Below are positions 1 to 13,000 of a stretch of 64,000 nucleotides of DNA, piece after piece. Position numbers and translations under genes: made by a program. The notes below the pieces were generated by a model. The model was not told where the DNA came from. It searched no databases and saw only the letters and a list, made by a program, of their open reading frames with translations. Within the stretch, counting starts at the first letter, position 1. Each line of letters begins with the position of its first letter. Source of the DNA: Vicugna vicugna (taxonomy: Eukaryota); assembly GCA_013265495.1 (NCBI GenBank), contig MU058824.1, forward strand, positions 1,825,111 through 1,889,110. Direction: 5' to 3'.

Positions 1-1689
1 AGTGTGCTCCTGGCTTCGGAATCTCAGAGGAATCAAATCTGACTCCTAGATGCAGGCTGCCGAGCCCGTTCCTCCAAGCCATTATCGCCAGAGCTGCCAG
101 AGCGAGACTATGAACATCCACACATGGCGTTTTAATATTTCACCCAAGAAGTCATTTTCTTACATGAGTCAGACACAGAAGGCTCAGAGAATTAAGTTGA
201 GAAAGGTAACTCTGGGCCGGAGTGACTTCTGCCAACGGGTGTGGAGGATTTTTCCTGCGTCTGCTCAGCTTTTCTTTCTTATCTGTGTCTTACAGCAGAC
301 GGGAAGCAGGCTGACAAGAGATTGCATGTTCATACCAATTATTAAATATATATGGCAGCCTTCTGGAAGTGCATTCACATGCCAAGGAAATGGAATGTAT
401 TCACCAACCCAGGCTCCAGCACTGGGCTTTGGAGGAATAATGAAGTAGCCGTAAACACTATGATCCAAGGTTTTAATCTATATTCTGCCACCTCCTAGCT
501 GTGTGACTTTGGGTGAGTGATTCACCCTCTCTGAGCCTAAGTGCTCATAAGGAAAATCCATTTCTCCCTTACAGATTTACCATGTACACTGACTGGGGTC
601 ACATGTTCGAGTGCCTAGCACTAAGTCTGACACACAGGAGTCCCATCATTGTGACTTCTGTTCCCACTCTCTGACTCAGACCTTCCTGACTCCACAGGGA
701 AATTAACATAACTACCCTGCCCACCTCCCAGGGAGGTCTTAAGGAGCAATGTTGCTGCCAGTGGAGTGGATTTACACCTTCCAATGCATTTCCGCTGACT
801 CCACTCACTTAAGCCTCACGATCACCTTGAGCAGAGAGAGTTCTCTTCCCATTTTGCAGGTGAGCACCTGGAGATGCATGGAGTCAAGTGATGGACTCTG
901 GACCACAAGGGGGGCTCAGAGGCTCTAAGCCAGGCCACAGCTCCCCAAAGCCATGCTCCTTTCACGCCCCATGCTGACTCTCAAATGAGATAATGGATGG
1001 GAAATTGCTTCCTAAGGAGCAGAGCTCTACCCCAGCTTGAGGCCTGTTACTGTTATTATCTCAAGCACCTGCCTGTGGTCAGGCATCCTAACTGCCTTTT
1101 TGTCCAAGTCTGTTGTCCTCACTTCCCCCTTCTAGGATAAGCCAGTTGGATCAGTCTCATTCAGCTTGCTCCAAGGCAGTCTCTGAACTCAAGCATGTGT
1201 TGTTGAACTGCATCCCCGCATGCACACCCTCAACCCCTCTCCTCGTGCCTTCTCGCACATCCACATCCTCTGCTCCACCCACTCGCTCTCACTCCCTCAT
1301 CCAGGAGGCTCTCAGCACAGCCTAGCTCTGTTGTGAAGAAACCCTTGCGAAGCTGAGCTGTACCATGAGGTCACTAGAGACATGTGCTGTTCACTCATTC
1401 ACCAGACCCACATTTGCTGGGCATTCACTTTGTGCCCAGTGATGGATAAGGCACAAGCCCTGCTCTTAGGACTCTCCTAGTCCGGGGGGACAGATGGGTA
1501 AATTGACCTGTCAGTGCAGTGGTTAAGTGCTGGGAAAGCTTAGCCCCCAGCCCTAGGGGATCACAGAGGAGGTGGCTAGTCATTCTACCCTGAGAAATGT
1601 TTCATTAAAAAGTGGGGAGATGTGCTTTTCCCCAAAGTCTTGAAAGGACAAGTAAGGCTTACAGAGCTAAAGAAAACTCGAGCTATACA

Positions 1690-2405
1690 AAACAGTCTGG
1701 CAGTTCCTCAAAAAATTAAACAGAGTTACCCCATGACCCAGCAGTTCCACTCCTAGGTATCCATTCATTCAAGAGAAGTGAAAGTGTGTATATAAATACT
1801 TATAGCAGCATTATTCACAATAGCCAAAAAAGTGGGAACAACCCAAATGTCCATCAGTTGATGAATGGATAAACATAATGTGATATGTCCAGACGATTGA
1901 ACATCATTCAGACATAAAGAGAAATGCAGTTCTAATGCACACTACAATGTGGATGAACCTTGAAAACGTTATGTTCAGTGAAAGAAACCAGACACTAAAA
2001 GGCCACATATTGGGGGAGGGTGTAGCTCAGTGGTAGAGCGCATGCCTAGCATGCACAAGGTCCTGGGTTCAATCCCCAGTACCTCCATTAAAACAAATCA
2101 ACCTAATTACCCCCACCAAAATAAATAAATAAATAAATAAATAGCCACATATTGTATGATTCAATCTATTGAAATGTCCAGAATAGGCAAATCCATAGAG
2201 ACAGAAAGATTAGTGGCTGGGGACAGGGAATGGGGAGTAACTACCAACAGGTATGGCATTTCTTTTTGAAGTGGTAAGAATTATCTGGAATTGGATAGTA
2301 GTAATGGTTGGACAACATTGTAAACATACTAAAAACCACTGCTTGTACACTTTAAAATGGCTAAAATAGTGAATTTTTGTATGAATTTTATCTCATTTTT
2401 TAAAG
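1690..2405 (+). mobile_element. Old L1 (L1M-type) ORF2-end/3'UTR fragment, interrupted by a SINE
   Basis: Typical L1 3' motifs (CAGTTCCTCAAAAAATTAAAC...CCATGACCCAGCAGTTCCACTCCTAGGTAT; AACCCAAATGTCCATCAGTTGATGAATGGATAAAC; GTACACTTTAAAATGG). Boundaries approximate. Confidence 0.85.
2012..2143 (+). mobile_element. tRNA-Ala-derived SINE (camelid Vic-1 type)
   Basis: GGGGGAGGGTGTAGCTCAGTGGTAGAGCGCATGCCTAGCATGCACAAGGTCCTGGGTTCAATCCCCAGTACCTCCA with A box and B box, an (AAAT)n tail, and flanking direct repeat GCCACATATT at 2002-2011 and 2144-2153. Confidence 0.9.
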
Positions 2406-5149
2406 ACAGGACAAGGTATACAAGAGCATTCCAGGTGACAAGCCTTCCAAAACAAGGGTAGGAAGAGGAGGAAGTGATCTTAGGGAACAACAAGTGTCCG
2501 ATGCAACTGGGCATAATGCGTTGTATTTTTCTACTGTTGCATCACAGCTTTAGAAGGCTGAAGGATCATCAGCCCTAGTCTCTACAGTATTCATTCGGAT
2601 GTTTTTGACTGCAAGTAACTCAAATTGGAGTGCACAGTAGAGAGAATGTATTGACAACCTGGAAGGTTCTAGTGGTAATTAGGAATTCAGGCACAGTTTG
2701 ATCAGGGATCAATTCCATTTTTCTGTAAGACTTTCATCTCTGCCTTCCTCCTTGTGTGAAATATGTTATCACACTAGCTTCCCACGTGTTACAGAGATAT
2801 GGAAAGGAAGATGCATTTCAAGTAGAATAAAACCTTTAAAGTTTCCTTGGACAGCATGGAATTTTAAGCTTTATATGATGGGCAAAACCTCAAGAAGATA
2901 TTGGAGGCAATGGCATTCCAGGATGAAAATCCATGAGCAGGAAACTGGAGGGTATGCCTAGGGGAAAGTTCGAGAGTCAGTTGAATCTGGCTGCTTGTGG
3001 GTAGGAAGTAAGAGCAGAGCTGGAGGGAGCTTGTACCATAATGTGGAGGCAGCGGGGAGCCATTAAAGGAATTTCAGTAGCGGAACAACACAACAAGGTC
3101 TTAATAAAATTTCAGCCTGGCTCTCCAATATTATTATGAGGTTGTTGTTACTTTTCTTAGGTATTATAATATTGTGGTTATTTAGGACTATGTACTCATT
3201 CATTCAGAACTAGAGTGAGTCTGAAATTTACTTTCAGATGGTTTAGAGGGGAGGGGTGTGTGTGTGTGTGTGTAGAGAGAGAGCAGATTGTGGCAAAATG
3301 TTAGCCATTTCTGACTCCTGGAGGAGAGTACACAGGTGTTCGTTGTACTATTTAGTCTTTCAATGTGTTTGGGGAAAAAATGTTTTCAGTACAATTTGAG
3401 AAAAGGAGAAAATTGGGTTCAGGGGAGACAGATCTCTCCGGGGGAGGGACAGGCTGGGGAGGTGGGGCAGTGAGGACCCAAGAGCCTGAGCCCCAAGGGC
3501 TGGGGCCGAGGTTCCCTGTTGCTGAGATTGGCAGAGGTCCAAGACCCAGGGCTCGGGGCGGTTGGACGTGTAGATAAGGGAGGCACAGTAGCTCGATGAC
3601 TCTGCAGCTCCCAGCCTGAGGGCCCAGGAGGACCCCAGTGCCAGGATTAGAGCTGAAAAACAGCCAAGGAGGAGGAGGAGAAGGAGCCTCTAAGGAGGGT
3701 TGTTTTTGCTCTCTGCAATAGATACTTGCCTGTATGACTAATGTTGATGCATAGCATTTCAGAGCTTGAATGACCTAAGAAATCTCATAAACAGACCCTC
3801 GTTTCCATGTTGGGGAAATAGAGTCTTGCCCAAAGTCCCTGAGCCAGAGAATTGACTGAGGATAATCTCCCAGTTAAACCAGCCCTCGTGTGCCTGTTTC
3901 CACCTTCCCCTGAACGCTCTAGGGACCAGACAGAGGAGAAATGACAAGAAGGGACATGAGTTTGGTCTGATTTTCTTAATGAATCCTTTGAAATACTTTC
4001 TGAATGTATGTTAACAGGGAGCTTGGGTAAACTGCCATGGCATGGGGTGGGGGGCGTTGGTGGTGACAATAGTAACAGCTGACCCTGTCTGAGCCATTCA
4101 CTTGGACCAGGCACTGGTCTAGGGGCTTTACTCCTATCAGTATATTTAATCCTCAGTCCTAGGAGGAGGTACTGTGTTTAGACCCATTCTACAGATGGCA
4201 ACAATGAGGCTAAATAGCTCCTGTAGGGTTCCAGCGTTTCTAAGTGGCAGACTTGGGACTAGAGCTCAGGCAGTCTGGCCCCTGGTCTGACATCTTTAAC
4301 CACCTTGCCCTCAGCTACACCACTGGGTGTAGGTCCCCCTCCATTCTCAGTGACTGGCTGACTGAGTGAGTGAGTGAGTGGTCTGTTTATTTTGCAAGGG
4401 AGAGGGTCAACAGCAAATTCTGGCCCCAGCCTCATTGGTATTTTCGCAGTAAATCAAGGCCTATTTATTACTCATAGAGTATTTTGGGGGTCCATGATAA
4501 AAAAGAAATGCAAAACTTAATTTCACTTCCCTGCTACACTGCTCATTCTTTTTTAATAACCCTCTCTTATCAGCCTCCTGGCAGCTTTTTCCTTCCTGTG
4601 CATGTTAATTACTTTATTAATTACGTTAATATCTTTGGTTCTGCCCAGCATATCTTGGTGCTTTTTGTTTCCAGCATGCACCCATTTTGCCTTGTTCATT
4701 GGCACATGAGGGCCCAGTTCCCACTTCTAAAAGGGATTCTTTGAGCCTCGGTAAACACATGCCTTCAATTAGTTGCACAATCATCATTCCCATTTTCATC
4801 TCAACCACGTCACTAATCGAGTGTTTTTAACATTCTCCCAAATAGAGGCTGTATTGTGTTAAGTTTCTGACATTGTTCCACAACCCTTGTTTCCCCTCCA
4901 GGTCACAGCTCAGAGATCACACAACCTACGCCTCAGTGAGAAACAGTAAGATGTCCCAGGCGGGGGGAGCGAGAGGAGCTGAACCCTGGGGTAGACGGAG
5001 GCAAGGGTTTATGAGATGAGGCTGGAAGGTGAGCTGGCAACAGATCCTGGGAGACCCTGAATATTAGTTGAGAAGTCCAGACTTTACCCTGAAAGCCAGC
5101 ATCTTCCCCCGGTATACAGCATGGAATGCTAATCCCATTAGCTGTCCCC

Positions 5150-5440
5150 AAATAAAAGGGAACGGGGAGATTTCATGGTCCAAAAGTTTAAGAAATCCCA
5201 GAAACGAGGTATCTGCCTCTTGGAAATGTACAATGTATGGGCTTTAGTATGTTAAAGACTCTGAAAAGTCCTGAAGTTTACCCAAAAACTTTTAACTAAA
5301 ATTTTTTCATTTTAATTTTTAATAATAAAAACATTTAAATTAGCATTTCCAAAACATCTTTGGCCATGGAACTCTTTATTTGTAGGCTATAGCATATTTA
5401 CATTTACATATTCTGAGGAGTGTAATTTAGGAAGTGCTGC
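5150..5440 (-). mobile_element. hAT-Charlie MITE remnant (MER103-like)
   Basis: Resembles remembered MER103 sequence (TTAAAGACTCTGAAAAGTCCTG; TTTCCAAAAC...CCATGGAAC). Family and limits tentative. Confidence 0.45.
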
Positions 5441-6972
5441 TGGAGGATGAAGAGCCTTTTTGTGGCTTTTGAGCTGGAGGGAGCATAGACAGACTCTGCT
5501 TTAGAAAGGTGGCTCAGGCAGAGCCTCAGAACTGGGGAACGCGGGGGATGAATGGAGGCAGGAGGGGAAGAGGAGGCAGGCCCTGAACAGCTCAAGCAAG
5601 ACACAATAAGGATCAAAAGCAAAGGTTTCAAATGTTTCGGTGTTTTCTTTTCGTTTTATTTCATGCTGCATTGTTGTCTTAAAATTGGAAAATCAGTGTT
5701 GCTATAATAAATCACAGCACAAGGGTTTTACTCAGGCATCAAATCTGAATGAGAAAAGCAGTCTGTGCAATCTTCCATCTTCAAAGAAAGCATTTAGCCC
5801 AACAGGGTGCTGGGACACAATAGCCATCTGTTTCTGCACATCACCAGAGTTCATCGAGGCTTTCCAATCAGACCCAGATTCGGCTTCCAAGTCCACACCT
5901 CAGTGGCTCTGTGATCCTGGGCAAGCGGCTTTGCTTCTCCATGTCTCCGTTTTCCTACACAGTAAAGAGCAAGAATTATCCTTGTCTCACAGGACAGCTT
6001 CAAGGACTGCATGGGGGCGGGGAGAAACATGTGCAAGTCCTGAGCACAGGGCCTGACACGTGATAATGTAAAAACTAACTGCCCTTCCACATTAGCCAGG
6101 ATAGGCTGGAAGAGGCTGAGGTAATAATGAAGCCCTAAATCTTGGCAGCTAAGCTCTATTTCTCAGTCATATAAAGTCCACCTGTGAATCCAGGTGGTCT
6201 CCGAGGCAACTGTCTCCCATGAGGCAGCTCTGTGATCTGGGCCCCAACACAAGGCAGCACGCAGATCTTGCAAACAGCTTTTCTATGCTTCAGGCCACAG
6301 AGGTCAAACGTCACTCCAGCCCACTACCCATTGGCCAGAATTAGCCATGCGACTCCCACCTAACTGTACAGGGGCTCGGAACTGTGGGTGAGCAGATGAG
6401 ATGTCCCGGGAGTGCTAGCCTCTGCCAGTCCTTCATTCCCTTTGGTCAGTCCACTTCACCTCTCTAAGCCTCAGTTTCCTCATCTGTAAAAAAGGGCTAG
6501 TACTTCCTGTCCTATCTTTCATGGGAGTGTTAGGGGGCAGATGTGATCATATAGTGAAAAACACTAAGTTAAAGTTAGAAGTGATTATATGTTTACTTCA
6601 TGCTGTGCCAAAGCCATACCACATTCTTTGGTTAATAGGAAAAATGTACAACTTCAATACTCCTTAAATCTACGTTTTTGTTCTTATTCCCCTGAACCCA
6701 TTTCATCTCTGGATTGCCTACTCCCTCCTCTTGTTTGGGTCTTTTAAGTTATTTTTCAGTGAGATCATTAAGACCACTTCTCAGTAACCTTTGCTGGCCT
6801 ATTTTTGGAATCGCACACTAGGCAGCACATCCCGCACGGAAAAGGAGACCCTAAAGTGCCAAGAGGGATGACAGGGAGGCCGCCAGTGCATTTCTCAGCA
6901 GAGACAGCAGAGAAAACCCTCAGGGGCCTGCTTCACGTGACCTAGGGTTCCTTAGATCCCCTAGGAACACCA

Positions 6973-6975
<3 letters not shown>

Positions 6976-7013
<38 letters not shown>
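6976..7013. repeat. (GT)19 microsatellite
   Basis: Perfect GT dinucleotide run read directly. Confidence 0.97.
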
Positions 7014-7014
<1 letters not shown>

Positions 7015-10000
7015 TGTTTCAAGCACCAGTAATCCCCTCACTGAGGACACTGACGGTGTGGACTGCCAAGCGCCATGCTGTGGCGTGGCTCACAGTAGCT
7101 GCTGCAGGCTTGGGGCCGCCCTGGGAGAGTGGGACCCCAGGCGTGGGGAGGAGACAAGTCTTACCCACTCAGACCCCACTGGAGACTTGTGTTCTCATCT
7201 GGACCCCAGACCCCAGACCCTCTGGAGACGGTGACAAGATGCAGGGTGGCCAGGATGAGCAAAGAATAAAAAACTGTGTCATGTAGAAAGGGTTGGTGCC
7301 AACCCAGCTAAGAGAAGGCTCAGAGGGGCTTTCCTGGAGCCAAGGGAGGAGTCATGACCGGCAGGGCCCTGGACGGCAGAGCCAGGACCAGCGGGAGCAG
7401 TCCTGGGGATACAGGTCTCAGCATAGGATGGGGAAGGAAGTTCAGGTCTTAGCCTGGCTTATCTAAAAGTGAACAGGCTTCCTCAGAGGGTAGGGAGTGT
7501 CCCATCCCCAGTGCAGAAAAGGTTGGATGAGTGCTTGGTGTGGACTGCACACTAAAGAAGTGAAGTGAAAGAAGACGCTTGGGTCTCCTTAAGCCCAAAA
7601 GTTGTGTGATTCTACAAACTTGGTGTGACCTCAGGAGACTTTTTTATTTATATATATATTTGTTGCTAATGGGTGTGTGTGAGATGAGTTGAGAGCAGCT
7701 TTCAGTTATGTGAATTGGAGTGTCATGTTCACCTTGGAAACTCCATCATTGTTGCAGAGGAGAAAGCACTGGCAGTGCAGAAACTGGCCCAGAAAACAAG
7801 CCCCTGCAGAGTGAGGAAGGGGTGTGCACTCTCTCCCGGCCCATTGCTGCCCAGGGATTCCAGCGCACAGCCAGCCATGGCAGCAGCACCAGTTACAACA
7901 TCCTATTTTGGAACAGTCTTTGCAACACTGCACTTATGGGGCTCCCAATACGCTCGCCTCCTTGAAAGGCAACAGGCAAATGAAATGGATGCGTTGTTCT
8001 CAATTGTATTAGCATGGGGCGCGTGCACCTCGGCTTTGTAGTCTTTTTTATTACCATGCTCTTGCTCGATGCTCAGAACCCCCAAAGCAGGTGACCCCAG
8101 CATGTCTCAGAGGAGAACCTGGGGCTCAGACTGAGCGTGTGACAGCCCTGGGCCAGAACCCTCGCCCAGAGGCCAGGCAGGTGGCTGTCCATTACACCAG
8201 GGCACTGTGGGGTCCCCTGCTGCCTTTTCACGACGGGCAAACTGTAAAATCCGAGATGCAGAGGAGAACAGGGGGGAGCACTTGAGGCTCGTCCAAGCGC
8301 CACCTTCCTTTCTCCTTGGTGAGCTGAGACTCCCAGAACTAGCCAGAGTTTCAGGGAGAAGCACAAACAATGGAGGACCCTGGGCTAGGAGTCAGGACCC
8401 CGGGCTCAAGTGCTAGGTCCTTGGATTTCTTGCTGTGTGGCCTTGGGTGAGTTACAGCCTATTCCTGGGCTCAGGGTTCTAAGCAAAATAGCAGCAAGTC
8501 TAATGGCCCTACTAAACTCCTCGCGTCGTTAGGCAGATCTAATGATACTGAAAACCGCAAAACTGAGTGCCAAGCACAGCAGCAGGGGAGTATAGTAGTT
8601 CTGTCCAGGATCCCAATGCTCCAGCTTCCTGATTTAGAGCATCTTCACACTCTAGTTCTGTCACCTCCCTATTCACACCAAGATGGCCTTGGACTTGAGA
8701 GCAGGGAGTCTCTGTGAACCACCAGCCAGGTCGTGCCCTGAGTTAGCAGCAGACTGCCGTGAGAGGGTGATGAGAGATACCACGTGGGCATGGCTAGGCG
8801 GGGCTGAGCAGCGCCAGCTTAGCTGCCTCGAGGTCTGGGCTGGGAGGGCTGCGGGCTGGGCAGGGGACGTGCCACCCCGGCCAAGGACTGAGCTGGGCAG
8901 CTTGGGCAGGGCCCCCTGAGAGCTCCTCTTATGTATGGGGCCACAGATCTCATCCCAGGCCAGGGACAGTTGCCCCCACGTGGAGGCCCTTTGGCCTGGG
9001 AGTGCTGGCCTAGAGCAGGACGCGGGGAGTGGGCTTCAGCAGGTATTCCCAGGCCAGGCTGCAGGTTCCAGGAAGGTGCTGCCCTGACCTGGCTCAGGGC
9101 TGTGACCAAGTCTAGCTTAGGGCAGGGCTTCCCCTCCTTTTCACATCATGGCGCTCACAGGAAGCAATGTTCTCAAGCATGAGGGTGACCACAGAAGCTG
9201 ATTGTGGCTGGAGGTGCCTGGCCCCAGCCCTGTGCCCCAGGCAGAGGAAAGCACACCATCCTGGGACATTTGTAACCCGCTGCTGGCACACCAGTGACCA
9301 GGGCATCTTTTTGGGTAGTTCTGGATTTATGGTCTAAAGCAAAAGTTTGGGAAGTCCCAGCTGTCACTGAATGCCTGTGTAACCTTGAGCCTGTGGCTCA
9401 GCTGCTCCGAGCCTCATTCAGCATCCCCTAAAATGGGGGTCATACTAGACCTCAATCCTGTGTGATTGTTTAGAGGAAATGGGACAGGGTACCCAACACG
9501 CTTAGCGCAGAATGTGGCACACAGTGAGCAGTCAGCACGTGCAGGGCGGCAGAGGAAGCACATGTGGTAAAGGGGTGGGGGAGGTAGAGGAGAGGAAAAA
9601 TTCCCACATAGGTGTCTCCAGCACGAGGCCACAGTCCTCCCCAAAGAGAGAGGCAGGAAGCACAGGGGGCCTCGGAGGGGAGGACTCCGGGTGAGAGGAC
9701 CTAGAAAGATTGCAAAGATGGAGGAAGGGGTGAAGGAAGGGCATCCCAGGACAAGGAAAAGGCTGAGTAAAGGACCCGGAGGGAGATTATGGGGCTGGGC
9801 CGTGGGTGAGTTTGGGTCATGGGATGCAGGGCTGGTCAGATATGCGGAATCTGATCACAGAGGGTCACGAAGCCCGGTTTGTGGGTCTGAGTGACTTTCC
9901 TACGGTTTGAGAAGCTGTTGAGGGTCTCTGAGTGTGGTATCATAGCCTTTATGTAGAAGATTGCTCCGGAGCAGCATGGAGGAGGAGCTGGGGCGGGAAG

Positions 10001-13000
10001 GAGATGAGTGAGGGCAAAGGGCATGAGAGGTAGCGAGGTCCTGGAAGGCAGCCCAGGTTCCGGCGTGACCTGGGTGGACGTGAGGCAGGTCTCTGAGTTA
10101 GCAAACCCGGGAGGGATGGAAGGTTTAAGGGAGAAAGTAATGAGTTCTGACTGAGAAATGTTAAGTTGGAGGGGTCGGAGGGCAAAGAATCAAAGAACCG
10201 GGAGAGGGCAGGGCTGGAAGTGAGAGCATGATTCCTTCAGGTGGCCTCCGGGAGCAGAGGACTAAACGGGGTCCCCTGCCTTTGGCCACTAGGAGGTCGT
10301 GGAGTCCACGGGGAGCACTGCAGTGGCTTGGGGGTGAGTGTTGGGAGGTAAAGAATGTAGGTGGAGGTACAGGCACCCTTTTCAGAAAGCTCCACTGACA
10401 GGCAAGAGAAAGGGGCCAAATCGCTTGAGAAACAGGAAGCAGGAAGGAGCCTTCGACCAGGCTGGGGCCCAGCGGGGGCGGCGGAGTAACTAGGCAGGAG
10501 AGCAGGGGTCAGGGAGCAGAGACGGGGTCAGGGGTTTCTTCCTCAGTCATTTTCCTGTTAGTGCTCAAACCCAGTGGCTGTTGACTCGTTCAACTCTTGT
10601 TCTCGTTTATTCTCAGGACTTAATTTCCAGCATCTCAGAGTCTTACTGTACCATGTCTGTGTCTGAGGGACACAAGTCTCTCTTCTCTTCTGTTCTCTCC
10701 TGTCTGCTCTCCTTCCATTGTTCTACTCACTCCCCCCACCCCCACCCCTACCCTGACGGGCAGAGGCCCGGACACCCAGGTTGGTCCCAGGACCGCGGGA
10801 AGAAAGCCAGGTTCTGCTGTCAGGGTGGTGGGCACCCTGGTCCTGCTGAGGGCGGGTGCAGCCGGACTCCAGGCAGCCGACCAGGGGCCTGTGCTCCCCG
10901 TTGGGTGTGGCCACCCCAGGCTCACCAGATGTCAGCACTCAGAGGGGAAGGAGCTTGCTTGCCCAGGCTTGGCCCACAGACGTTTCCAATCAATAACCCT
11001 GCTTCTCCAAAAATCAGGTGATCATATGAATAGTTAACCCGTATTTCCACATATCCCAGTGTCAGCTGGGCCCTTGTGGGCCGTGAGATACCGGAAGTAC
11101 TGCCTCAACCCCCAAGGTGGGGAGGACATCCCGAGCCTGCTAGGAATTTCCTCCCGCTCCCAGCCTTCCTCATGGGCACAGTGCAGCTCCTGGTTCACGG
11201 ATACCATCTCTCTTCCACCCCACATCACCCCGGGACAAGTCCCAGTCCTTTTGCCAGGGTCACCCCCTTCCCCTCTCACCCATCAAACATGTCCTGAATT
11301 TTTGTAGAACTTTCTGAAGGTGCAGAAGTCTGTGGGGAAGGAGCATGTGGCCCAGCCAGCTTCCGTCCTGCTGCTCTCTGCTCTCTCTCTGGAGCAGACA
11401 GTCTCCCCACCAGCTCCCAGGGTGGGTTTGGCCTCCTCTGTACACGTGGTGCCAGTGGCAACTACCTTCCGAGAGCTGGCACTTTCCACCAAGTCGTGGC
11501 TCCCGAGAAGGGAATTCTCATCCAGTTGCTAAAACAGCAGCAGTTTCTCCAACACTGAGGTAGAGTTGTCCTCACCCACATCAGCTGCTTTCAGTCACCA
11601 CTTCACTCTCTCGAGTTCTTTAACTAACTTGAGAACAGTAGCCACACTCACTTCAAAAATGTCCTTAGAGTTAGAAGCCCTTCCAAGCATTCACTTGACT
11701 CTGGAACCAGGACGAGCCGTGTGGACAGGCAGCCCAGACGCAGGATGGTGGCAGGAACCCAGCTCGTGAGCGGTGACGTGCACACAGACAGGCCCTGTGC
11801 TGCCAGGTGTCTCATTTCCAGAAGAAGCCAGAAATCTGGGTGTTCGTGTGAAATCACTGAGTCAGTTTAAATACTGACTATGAAGTCTAAAAATTTTAAG
11901 CACCATTAGGTGAAGTAAAACACATCTGTGGCCCGCACAATGCCTGAGGCGCAGGAGTTTCTCTCTGCTCTAGAGCCGCAGGAAGACTTCCCATCCTGGT
12001 GCCCAGCCACTCCCTGGTGACTCTCTCAAGGACGTGTGGAGCCACCTCCCTGTCCCCAGTCGCTGGGTCATCATTCCGTCTGGGGAAGTGCATGTTCTGG
12101 CACTGGTCTCTCATTACCCAGCATGGTCAGGCTCACTGAAAAGTGCACAACGCGCCACCCTGGTGCCAGGAGGTCGCTGCAAACCACGAGGCTGACGCCT
12201 GGGACGCGGCAGTATCATCACCCGTTCACAGGCTGCCTCATGAAAGCCCGCCATGAACAAGCACCTCTTGGCTTCGGGTTCAGCAGCAATGCCTGTGAGC
12301 TCTTCCTGCTCCAGGCTTGCCCCAGAAGCCTCAGGCACAGGCGTGTGGAGAGTAGGGGTGCCCCTGAAGGCCTGCTTTCACAGGGAGGGGGACAGAGCCA
12401 GGCCACAGACGTTGAGATGTCCTCACCTGCTTTGCAGGAAAGAGGTCTGGCTTGGTTTTGCCTCGGACTTACGTCACCTTAAGCAAGTCTCTCATCCTCT
12501 CTGAGCCTCAGTTTCCTCACTTGTAACGTGTGCAAAATTCCTGGCTCCTGAGGTCAGAATCAAAGAGAAATCCTAGTATGAATACATCTGTGAGCTGCAA
12601 AAGGCTAGAAATGTTAGGACCTATTACTGCACCTGTCAATCCTTAACTTCCCCAAGATGATCCTCACCCCAGCTATGACCCTTACATAGCCACAGAACTT
12701 CATTCTGGATTCCAAGGTCAAACTCAGGATGCCTCTCTGAACAGGACCAGGTGAGGGTCCCACTAGCCCACTGGCATCCTAATGCTCAACCAGGGCTCCT
12801 TGCCCTCCTCAGCCAGGTCCCAGCCACCTCCCCCACCTCCTCTCCCCTCCGCAAAGCATGGCTCCATAAGGATGTGGCCAGGGAGGTTAGGGCAAGTGGC
12901 TCTGGACCCATGACTGCTGCCCTAGACACTGCCCCAGGGACACCTAAGAAAGAGTGCACAGTCCAAAAGCCAGGAGTTGGCCTACAAGCCAGCTCCAGGG

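Noticed and set aside
2012..2090. tRNA-Ala(AGC)-like cloverleaf
   Set aside because: It has an A-rich tail and target-site duplications and an imperfect anticodon stem, so it is a SINE head rather than a tRNA gene.
10283..10300. CTCF-like GGCCACTAGGAGGTCG
   Set aside because: It lacks the GGC core at the 3' side and is much weaker than the two reported sites.
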